A DNA stretch of 63,651 nt, the filler included, from Lenisia limosa (taxonomy: Eukaryota > Protista > Breviatea), in the NCBI GenBank assembly GCA_001655205.1. It is 15 parts of 15 records of this genome, joined end to end, with 100 filler letters (N's around TTAATTAATTAA, not from the genome) between each part and the next. Parts side by side here need not be neighbours in the genome. Positions count along the whole stretch, not along the records: positions 9,756 to 20,971 come from LPNZ01001366.1; 14 more parts are not named here. One strand, 5' to 3'. Every line of letters begins with the position of its first letter. Positions within the stretch are counted from its first letter, which is position 1. Shown here piece after piece: positions 10,056 through 20,700 of this stretch. Below the pieces are notes generated by a model. The model was not told where the DNA came from. It saw only the letters and a list, made by a program, of their open reading frames with translations, and ran no database searches. A program made the translations under genes and the position numbers.

Positions 10056-11621
10056 GCAACCGAGTTTTCAGAACTCGTAGAAGCCCAAAAAGAGATGCTC
10101 AACCAGTTAGCCCTTCAGTGCCTTCTCACCTCCCCTCAAAGTTCGTTTTGGATGAATTGTCATACTCCACTCTCCCAGGGGCTTCCCTTGGTAAATCCTC
10201 GAAAGCTGATATTTACTTGTCTTTTACAAGCCGAAGTGAAACCCAAAGGAATAGTAATATATACATGTACATATATACGTACACTGACCCCGAGACGGGG
10301 AATCGACTTGGGGTTCTCGTGCCCCCCTCCACGTAATTTTTATTTTATTTTGACTACTTTTTGATTTCCTCATGCAATTATTCTTCTATTCATCGAAATA
10401 CACCCTCCCCCCTGATGGGATGCGGTGCTGCAGAAGCGACTGGCTTGGGATTTGTTTGTTTTATTGTTACCAATCCTTTTGTGTTGTCAGCCAACAGAGT
10501 TGATTAAGGTTTATTTTTCATAAATCTTCCAATTTTACTTCCCCCCCAGTCAACGCGCTTCTCCTTTCCTTCTGTCACCATTCCCACCATTTCTATGAGT
10601 CTCTTCGCGCATTTGCGAAGCACCCCAACCACTTCAACCAAACAACTGCAAAGGTATGTTCACCCCCGCGTTTTCAAATTTCATAGTGTATCATCTCAAA
10701 AATATGCTATATCGATATGTACATTGTACATATGTTCAATTTCCTTCTTTTTTACGTATGCTCGGGCCAGCTATTAGTATTATGATGGGTTATGACCGTT
10801 AATAAGTTGGATTGTTTTTAACATTTCCCTTACTTTTACCCCCCCCCCCCCATTTNNNNNNNNNNGACAAGAGTTAACCGACGGTTCTTTTGAAATCTTG
10901 GGAGATCGGATGGGCTCTTTTTGTTTCATAAATTGTCCCATTTTGATTTTGGGCTTTTTTTGTTTGTTTGTTTCATAAATTTTGCAATCAAAGGCTGGCT
11001 TGGGCTTGTTTTTGTTTTTGTGTTTTTGTCATCTGGCTTTTGTCTAGTTTTAGCGTTGGTTGCTTGTGTTTGTTATTGCTGGTTTTTAGATTACATATTT
11101 GGCATTATCAAAGCTCCAAATCAAATTAAGTATACCTAATTTAACCATTTAGGTTTGTCCGGAGGCCGAGGCGATCTTCAATGAAAAGTTTAACCCCCTC
11201 GAATCCGTATGCAGGGCTTTGGTTCTTCGTTTTATATCAATTTATTTGTTTCAACTATTTATCATTTTATTTTCCGCTCAGCTTTGGGAGGAGGGGGGTA
11301 AGGCGAAGGGGTTTTGTCTTGGCTTCAGCCCTTGTGGTATTCTGCCAACAGAGTTAATTATGGGGCTCTTAATGTGGGTCGTCCCGTCTGTAATGATAAG
11401 TTTATCCCAAGAATCTGAATTGGAGGATATTGCAGGGGGCAAGGAGATGAGAGAGGGAGATCCCTCCATTTTCCTAAGTGACTTCTTAGGAAATTGATAA
11501 GACAACCCGATTGCTTCAGGCCTACCTCAAGCGACCTAGTGTTCTTGCAACCGCTCCCAAGATTGTCTCCGCGATATCTTTGATCTCGTTTAACGATCAT
11601 ATCCAATTGCGGGGGCTGTAG
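10056..11621 (+). CDS. Hypothetical protein, 3' part, multi-exon
   Basis: AG/GT-bounded open exons (ATEFSELVEAQKEMLNQ; VNALLLSFCHHSHHFYESLRAFAKHPNHFNQTTAK; VCPEAEAIFNEKFNPLES) and a terminal exon AYLKRPSVLATAPKIVSAISLISFNDHIQLRGL*. No family recognised. Confidence 0.45.
10417..10549 (+). mobile_element. Family B acceptor-carrying intronic repeat, full copy; others at about 3222-3298(+), 8031-8118(-), 8400-8490(-), 8784-8900(-), 23315-23327(+), 25984-26029(+), 27940-28036(-), 30038-30165(+), 33029-33105(+), 44567-44621(+), 48880-48950(+), 52088-52135(-), 54828-54946(-), 57456-57528(-), 63110-63226(+)
   Basis: Consensus gggatgcggtgc(t)gcagaagcgactggcctgggctttgtttgttttgttgttatcaaccctcgtgtgttgtcagccaacagagttgattttgggctttttttgtttcataaattttccaattttactcccccccAG. 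In several copies the terminal AG directly precedes an open exon. Confidence 0.85.
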
Positions 11622-12328
11622 AAGGGCGATGTGTTTGATTGTTTGTTTTTCAAAGTGGATGTGTATTAGTTGTTTTCAATGTGTCTTAATATTGTAACTT
11701 ATCGCATTTTCGAGGCGAATTTATTTCTTTTTTGTCTTTCCTTGTACGTACAATGATGTATAATAAGTTCGCACTACTGTGTACAACGAAAGATACGTTG
11801 GAGCCACGCAGGAATTTGTGTCAGAGATGTGACAGATGTTTGCTCTGATAAGAGTGATGGGACGGCTTTGGCTATATTACATTGTTTTATCTCTCATATC
11901 TTCTACTCACTACAAAATGTCGACACAAATTTGGGTGTCTAAAAAAGAGTTTTTGAAAAACGTCAAAATACCCTAAATTTCAATATCAAACTTCTATTTT
12001 TGATTTGTTTTAATCCAGTGTTACATTCACAAATTCATGTAAAAGGAAGGGCGGAGGGAGTGCTTTAGACACAATATCGCCTCCATTTGATACAATATCA
12101 TATGATGATAAGATATAGTATGTGTATATGATGTATTATTGTCTAAAAGGCAATAAATTGACGGATGAGAAGTATCAAAGAGTAGGAAGAAGATGTGTTC
12201 ATTAATACCCATATAATTTCAAAACGTGTGAATTTCATAAATATTCAAGAATTGGCAGTCTTTTAGAATTCTAAATGAGTAAGGCCCAAATTTCTAATCA
12301 TAGTAGAAATCTCTCTCATCAATCCTAC

Positions 12329-12372
12329 CAGCTCGGGGTCCTGATCCTTGGCCTTCCATGTCCAGTGTTGTC
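12329..12372 (-). other. 44-nt exon-like unit, inverted twin of 12972-13015
   Basis: 35/44 nt identical by manual alignment to the + strand unit; same ttgaatcctca upstream context and gtagga donor. Encodes (TTLD)MEGQGSGPRA. Confidence 0.7.
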
Positions 12373-12971
12373 CTAGTGAGGATTCAAAGTAGAGATTGGT
12401 TTACAGGGCTACAAATGTGAATTTCACCTTAGCGTAATTGCCCCTGAATTCACACCACCCCAGTTTTAGATTAGACGGAAGTTACGAAATTAAAACCCCA
12501 AAGGTTCTGAGGAGATGAATTGTTTACAACATACCATATTTGGAAGAACTCTTCCGTTTGTTCCGTTTCAAAATTACATGACTTATAATATTTCGTCAAT
12601 TCGGGAGTATAAACCCGTGTGATATTATTAGTTGTACTTTCAACCGAATAGTAGTTGCAGAAGTCACACAAATCAAACAGCAATCAATCAAGCACTTGTC
12701 CTGGCTCAGTCATTCATTGAAGGTATAATATACATAATCTCTGTTCTTTTGGATCTTTCCCCACTTTTCCAACGCCTTCCATTTAAATTATTATTTGACA
12801 GTTGTTTCCTTTTGCCTGTTTTTATTATTCATGACTTCATTTTATTCATCTCTTGAACCTTTGGGTTTATAATTTTAGGACCTACTAGAGCTTCACTAAC
12901 AAGAATTCAGGAATGGAAAGTGAAGCTCTACAATTTATTTATATCGCCCAATCTTTTCTTTGAATCCTCAG

Positions 12972-15900
12972 GAAAACAACTGAAATGGGAGGCCCAGGAT
13001 CAGGACGTCGAGCTGGTAGGATCAATGGCAAAATACCCCCGTCCAACCTGAAATGAAGGGTGTAGTTTCTACCTTCGGACTGGCCGCGGTCGAGCCGAGG
13101 TTGAGGACCCTGGATCGGGAAAGTAGTTATCATATATACAGAGCTTCATTCGGTCTGTCTAAACCTGGCAATTTTCTTAGATTTACGAGAATCTGTCTTT
13201 TTTTAATGGGAATAAAGCCCTAAAATACATCTCTATACAAAAGAATACAAATCTATCAAAAATATCGCATAGTAGAACGGCTTGACCACGTTGTATTTCT
13301 CATCTCTATTCAAACTATTTACATTTCAGAAAGAAATGTAAAAGATACACATATTATATCATATATGTTTGTATTATGTACATACAACATAAACTGTATA
13401 TATATTACCCATGCTTCTTTAACGCTATCACATGCTATTCACGGTTCAGGTGGTGGTGGAGGAGGCGGAAAGTCATCAAGTGGTATGCAGATGTTTTTGC
13501 TTCAGTCTATTTATTATTTTGGATTCTGTTACGTTTCCTCTGTATTGTCTTTATGTATTACCGCTAAATCATACGATAGTCTTTTTGAGAGAGGATTGAT
13601 TAATAAATAAATCTGTTTTGGAAACAAAAAGAGAAGCTTTAATTACTATTGATCTTTAATTAGTTTTTAAGAGATCAAATTAGTTTTACAAAAACAGATA
13701 ACATTCCATTACACAGTTCAGGGGGTGGTGCTGGAGGAGGAAAATCATCAACTGTATCAAGCGGTATGATGGTGTTTCTGTTTCATTCTATTTTGTTGAG
13801 ATATCGATATTTACTTCTTGTCCTTAAAGTGTGCAACTAATCTGGAGTAATGTTCAGTTACATGAGTTTGCTTCCTGTTCACTATAATTTATGAGAGAAG
13901 TGTGACATTTCGATATTTTTACAGATATAGAGAAATTGGGTCTTTTTTTGTGACCGTAGGAAGCCTTGAACACTATTCATACTTCAATTCAGAGTGCTAT
14001 TTATAGATCACATTCAAATTAGTTAACGTTCTGAAAAAGGTGTAATGTACAATTTGTAACATATTATATTTTATATGTCACGTGATGGTGGTGGAGGCGG
14101 AAAGTCATCAAGTGGTATACAGGTGTTTCTGTTTTATTTACATCATGATATGAATGTGAAAAATTGGTATTTACTCAAAAAATCTGAGAAATAACGTCTT
14201 TTTTGGGACTGCATGGAAGCTGTTCATACAATTCATTCTTCAATTAAGAGAGTTTTTTAGAGATCACCTTCAAGTTAGTTTTGCTAAATAGACAACATGC
14301 TAAAAAATGTGTCATGTGTACAATTTGTCACCTATCTTCTATTCACAGTTCAGGTCGAGGCGGAAAGTCATCAAGTGGTATGCAGGTGTTTCTAGTTTAG
14401 TCTATTTATTATTTTGGATTTTTTTACATTTTCATACAATAGTTTTTATCTATCTAGGTGTGAAATATTGATTAATAGAGGATTAAGATTGCGTTAGGGC
14501 GGAAAGGAAATGTTACATACTATTCATCCTTTAATGCAGAGTGATTTCGAGATCAAATTAGAATTTTTGTGCAATATGTTGACAAAATTGTATTGTGTAA
14601 AATATGTTACCTAATTCTATTACACAGTTGGTGGAGGCGGAAAGTCATCAAGCGGTAGGCATGTTTTGTTTCATTCTATACGATATATTATTTTTTATTT
14701 GTACATTATAAAGTAACGGTCCTCGACTGTTTTGACCTGGTTTTAGGGGGGTGTAATTTTAGGTGTACAATCGTTACCCTATATTATTATTTAATTCTTT
14801 TCTTTGAAGTGTGATATACATCGAGAGTAATGATCAATTACAGCATTATTACTTTGGTCTTCACTTTCATTTATGATAGAAGTGTGAAGTTTCGATATTT
14901 ATTGATTTTTTTCGAGAAATTAAATCTTTATTGTGACCGCAATCCTTCAATTCAGAGTGTTTGAGACATTCAAGTTAGTTTTGCAAAAATAGACAACATG
15001 CTGCTATATCCAAAATGTATAATTTGTTACCCACCACATTCTATTCCACAGTTCAGGTGGTGGTGGTGGAGGCGAAAAGTCATCAAGAGGTATGCAGATG
15101 TTTCAGTCTACTTATTCTTGAATTTAAAGTATACAGTACTGCTAAATCATACTATTAACAACGATTTTCTTGTATTGCATGCAATAATTATTTAAGTTTG
15201 TTTATGTTTTTTATATATTGAATCAAGGAAAAGGGGGAAATACACATGAGGTTGATATCCATAAGGAAGCATCTTGAACAAAGTACAACCACAGACTGAT
15301 GAAAATGGATATTTATGTGTTAAAAAATAAACACAAAAATATATACCCTTTATTTTATAAATGGTGGTTCAATTTCATCATCAAACCAAAGTGGTATTAA
15401 TCTGTTTTCGTGTCTCTTTTAGTCCATTCGTATTGTATTTGATGAAAAGAAAACATTTCAGACAACTGGCGCCCCACACAACATGAAGGACTGACAAAGG
15501 CTGGTGTTTCTGATAGTTGGCTATAATAAATAAGATTATGTGTTAAGCTAGCGATACAGTCAATAATACGTCCTTTTTAATTACACAGGACGTTGCGGAC
15601 CTAAAACTCAATCTTCTCAACAAGGTCAGCCCCGCCTGAATCCTCAGTATTATTATTTTTTTATGGTTCAAATAGATATCTAATATTGTGAATTATCCAA
15701 AGAAACCCTGACAAGGACAACTTTGATCAAGTTTAAGTCAATTGAAATGTGTTTTTAGATGATAAATATCCATAAGGATCACATATGACACCAGAAATTC
15801 AAAAAGTTGGAAAAATTACCTGTGTTAAATTTTTTTGAGTAAAATTTATCCTGCCTTAAATCGTTCTTGTCAAAGACATACATCATATCTTAATGAATTC

Positions 15901-17720
15901 CTATTATTCCGTTTTATAGTTCAGGAGGAGGTTCAGTCAACGATACGAAACCAAAACGTAAGCGTCAGTACCAGTGTCTATTGCAGTCCATTCCTCTATT
16001 TTTGATGAAAAGTAACATTTTTATTAGATAACTACCGGCCTACCGAACATGAAGGACTTACAAAACATCAAACCATTGATAGTAGGCGAAAATACAACGT
16101 TAATATTAATTTTGTACAACAAAAATGCTTCACGAAACCTCAAGCAATAACCCTGTTTTGACAAGATCACGTGGTGACACTAATACTGAATTGTATGCAG
16201 GCGCAGAAAGCTGTGTGCAAAGGGTTGTAAGGCAGTGAATTTTACTATACTATAATGCAATATCTCTGATAAGCGTGATGGTGTGGACGGCATCGGCCAG
16301 ATACAACTATTTTTTTATTTCTCATCTCTAGGACAGGACTAAAAGGATTTTGGACCAGAGCCGAATCCTAAGTCAGATTATTTTAAGCTATAAATCCGAG
16401 TTTCTGCCAAAAATCCAACTAGGATGATTTTCTATATTGAGTTTCGTTCATGTAATAACTTTGTATTAGAAAGGACGAAGGAGTATAAGCTTAGTTTGAA
16501 GCCTGACAGCAGTGATAATAAAGTAACTGGGTAGAATGTTTATCACATTGGTTCACACGTCGAACAATCATTTTCCGTAGTCATACATATGGTAGCTCAT
16601 AACTACTCGTATGATAATTGACCGACAACAAGTCTCAATGATACTCTAACACACTCAATATGAGCCCTCATCTTATCTTTGTTCATCAATTCGACTCGAA
16701 AGTCGGTCATATTCATTTTTTTATCATTTTCAAACACCTGAACAATCATTTACCACAGTATTATGATACCTTATAAGTCTCAATAATACTCTGACACACT
16801 CTGAATGAACCCTCTTCTTATCTTCGTTCTAGTGCTTCTGTATTCTCTCAAAAGAGTCATTTTTCGGTGAATATTCGAAAATTATCGATACTTTTACTGT
16901 CTTTTTCCGACCTTAGAGAAGCTCTAGTTGGTATTCAGTACGTTAAATGTTCAGTGGACTGAATAGTGACTTTGTTCCAATTATAACGAATCAATATCTT
17001 CACTTTGTGTTTTATTTATTTAATTTGTTTAGGACTCTCAGCTTTGGGATTTATTTCACGGTAGATGGGTCTCGGGAAAATTAACACTCTAAACTGATGT
17101 TGTTTTTATTGTTACCCACTCGCATACTCCAAAAACCATCATAGAGGGCCCCGTACGATCTAAAGAAGACCGATAAAAGAGTGATTTTTTCAAGGATTTA
17201 ATAAAGGATTCAGTCTTGTGTGGGGACCTTAGGGAACTCATACATATTATTATCACCATATTGCTATAGTATTCATATGATATGATATACAATCCCAAAA
17301 TGTACATTACAATACACAAAAACTATACATTACATATTCTACGCCTTTGGCTTCCCTACCGTCCTTGAAAAACAGGAAAATGGAGATATTTATCTAGGAT
17401 GCAAAATTTGAAGTGTGGATACAAAATCAATTTCTGATAATTTCAAATTTTGTCAATTAATTTCTTCAAAATATAAGAAAAAAGGAGTCCTAAGAAATAA
17501 ATTAAAACCGACATCATATTATTTCTGATTTCTCAGATGGATATATTGAACCAGTTTCGTCGCCATCACCAATTCCTCAAAGAGAGACACCAAAAAAGCT
17601 TCCGTCGCCATCACCAATAGCTCAAAGAGAGACATCAAAAGAGCTTCTGCCATATTTGCCTTTGTCAAATAATGGAAATTGCAGTATTACTCTAGATCTC
17701 TTTGACTCTGAGAGCAAGGT
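12972..17720 (+). CDS. Micro-exon gene encoding a Gly/Ser-rich (GGGGKSSS-repeat) then Ser/Pro-rich region; probably continues to about 20200
   Basis: Exons are 12972(ATG 12985)-13015, 13450-13482 (33 nt), 13722-13763 (42), 14354-14377 (24), 14628-14654 (27), 15057-15089 (33), 15589-15624 (36), 15925-15957 (33), and a longer exon from about 17537 (GYIEPVSSPSPIPQRETPKKLPSPSPIAQRETSKELLP). All micro-exons are AG/GT bounded, phase 1-1 and multiples of 3. Confidence 0.6.
13380..15130 (+). repeat. Tandem exon+intron duplication, about 6 units of 260-430 bp
   Basis: Repeated cacagttcag...ggcggaaagtcatcaag(t/c)g|gtatgc plus shared intron blocks (gagatcac..tcaa.ttagtt, cttcaattcagagtg, aatttgttacc). 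A second-level duplication pairs 15400-15530 with 15965-16070. Confidence 0.85.
17567..17650 (+). repeat. 45-bp coding tandem repeat x2 (SPSPIPQRETPKKLP / SPSPIAQRETSKELL)
   Basis: cgtcgccatcaccaat..ctcaaagagagaca.caaaa.agcttc occurs twice. Confidence 0.8.
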
Positions 17721-20700
17721 TTGCTAGGGGGTGAACTTGTATAGTGGTTTACTATATCGTATATAATAGTATGCAGTAGATACTGTAATATTTGATGAAT
17801 TTCATTTAGTGGGAATGTTTGAAAGTGACTTTGATATGGAAGGGTTAGCGTTAGGGAAGCCCCAAATATATTTATATATATCATATATATTTTTATGATG
17901 CTATATATAATAGTAATACTAATCACCCATATCCAAGTAATATTATAATATGACCGACTTTTGAGCAGTTTACAGATGAAGGTAACAGATAGTTAGCTCA
18001 TCTTGAGTGTATCACAGTATCATTGATATATCAGATAATTATCATAGGGCTGGATATGAGGTATCATATCGCAGCGTGGAAAGTGATCCAAAAATTGGTA
18101 GTATTTGAATCTTCCAGCAATTGACAACTACGAGTCCAGACGTATCAATCGTGTTTCTAAAAAATGTGAGTGAAAGAAGTCTCTACACGTATCTACATGA
18201 TTTTTTTTTATTTTACTAAGAGTGAAGGATCGCTATGGATCCCACTAATCTTTCGCTTTAATAATTGTCAAATGTTTATTATTTATCACCCCCAGTCATC
18301 TATACTACCCCTATCATCTTTACTCCATCACTCAAATACACCTCTATCAACTTGATGTATGCCTCTCACATATTCAGGGTCAAAAAAATTACTATTCGAT
18401 GCGTTTCCGAGGTCATAACTTCTATTCAATTGATTTTGATCTTGATGTTTGTTGTCTGGGATCTAAGGCTTTACTTTGATTCGAAAGAGGCTGAATTTAT
18501 CAATAAATCCTAAACTATCAATATTTTACCAAACTTTTTCGAACCGAAGACCAAGTCCTGACTGATATTGAGTTTTAACTTTGTAAATCGTATCAGGACT
18601 TACACAGTGACCGTGAAAACTCCTGACACGGATATTGATTTAGCTTTATAATTGCTAATCTAAAGGTGTCAGGATTTATCATGGTAAGGTTATGATAGAA
18701 AGAAATATTCAAAAGGATCAAATCGCAGGGAATTGTTGCAATTAATTTGTTCCAGAAATATATCGTGAAAATTTGAAATTCTGTAGCATGTATATATGTA
18801 ACCTTTCAATTCACAATTGATTTCTCTATTAATAACACGGTCTTACATCTATTTACAAAGAGCATCAGGGTACAATATGCACTATGCGCTTGGAGCATTG
18901 ACTTGGTTTTCATAGTAAAAAGTTATTGTTCCATTTATTTACATGAAAATCCCATGCTATAGGAAGCTGAAGAATTTATGAGATTACAAAATACTACATG
19001 GAAATTACAAGTCAATGCGCAATTTTGAATATTCTTATGACAATTTTCCAAAATATATTTGTTTTCTAAATTCAATAAAAGTTCAATTACGTATATTCAA
19101 AACATTTTCAATAATATTGAAGGACGCCTCAGTGAATGAGACCATGTTGTTTTATCTGATTGTGACTGGCGAAAACAACAAAATCTCGCAAACTTTGGAA
19201 GTGACAATGTGAGTACGTTGGATCAATATTTGTAAGGCAAATGATTGGGTGAAGTATTTTGATACAAAATCCAATATCTCTTAAATCGTGATGATTTGGA
19301 AGGCTTTGTCCAGATACAACCTTTGTTTCTCATCTCTATAATGATGTATTCTAACTTCCCACGAACAGTGTTTTTTTATACTCTAGTTTCTCAATTAATT
19401 GTTGCAGCGACTCACTTCCTTTCCACTACAGTGTTCCCGTGAGCGCCTTCTCTCCAAGAAGAAATGCACTTCAAAAGAGGTGAGTAATAATTTTTTCACA
19501 TTTTTTAAGTCGAATTTTTGGCCCAATATACGGTTAAGACCCGAAAATCTGATAATTCGAGTTAGGATTATATTGCATACCACAATTGTGTTGGCTTATT
19601 TATAACACTGGAATAGATATTTGATTTGAAATTATTTTCATTTAACTCCTATCACAGTAAACCAATTCATCAGCATGTTGAAGAGTTGTCAAAATTTCTG
19701 AATGTCAAACGGCAAAAAGATCTCTACACTTGACTCAAAAGCTACTCTGCTGTAATATGTATATTCTTGACTTGACCGGACAATACTAATTTTACTTTCA
19801 CCGCACAATCCAGTTGTTTGAATGAATAAGAAAATGGGTAGAATCTGGCTGAAGCCGTCCAAACCATCATGCTCTTCAGAGATATTGGATTGTAGTGAAG
19901 TACTACTCCTCTTTCACAGTACCTTTTAAAAAGATTGATTCCGTTTGGTGGATATTGTCTGTATTTTGATTGTGTGGGGGGAAATAAATTGTTGGAAAAC
20001 CCGGCCTTGGGAAACCCTAGAGATAAAATTCGAGGGAGTATCATTAATTTTTATGGTTTCAATATTTTTTACTTCCCATGTAGCAATATGTATTCTTATT
20101 TCTTATTCAAAAAATTATTCTACGTCAATTTGAGTAATGAGCATCTCAGGAAGTCTATTTATTGTAATGATGCGGGTGGGCCCCACTTTCAGTACGAGCG
20201 AGCTAGGTCTCAGAAGCAACTTATATTGCGAATTGAGGTTAAAATAAAGACAGAATTTCTTGTATTTTACCAATATTGTCCGGACCGAAATGACACCGAG
20301 AAATTAATGTAAATTTTGGTTGGGTAATGAGAACATTTTTTTTAAAACATGTCAATTGATTTAAGTTTCTCAGATACCTAGTTGCAAAGTTGCAGGGTTA
20401 GGGGTATCGCTAACCCATCTCCTGAAATGATAGGAATCCCTTCCCGAGCCCCAGGTCACATAAAGTGGCAAAAAGTGAAAACCGGGGCAGACCCAGCACG
20501 AAGCAAAACAAGAAACAACAACAAAAAAAGCTTAAACATTTAAATAATAACATTTGAATAATAACATATGTCGCGTTCAGGTTGTAAAATATCCATATTT
20601 TTACTGGTACTGAGGATTTATCTAAAAATGTCTTTTTTGGAACCGAAAGTGAAGCCCTAATAAATACATTAAACAACGCAAGGACTAGACGAGGACGTGG

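Noticed and set aside
10417-10450. tRNA/7SL/U2-derived head for family B
   Set aside because: No cloverleaf or A/B boxes are recognisable by eye. The antisense TCGCTTCT match to the U2 5' end is only 8 nt and expected by chance.
13380-15130. CRISPR-like regularly spaced repeat
   Set aside because: Units are 260-430 bp with homologous spacers and splice signals. This is an exon+intron tandem duplication in a eukaryote, and no cas genes are present.
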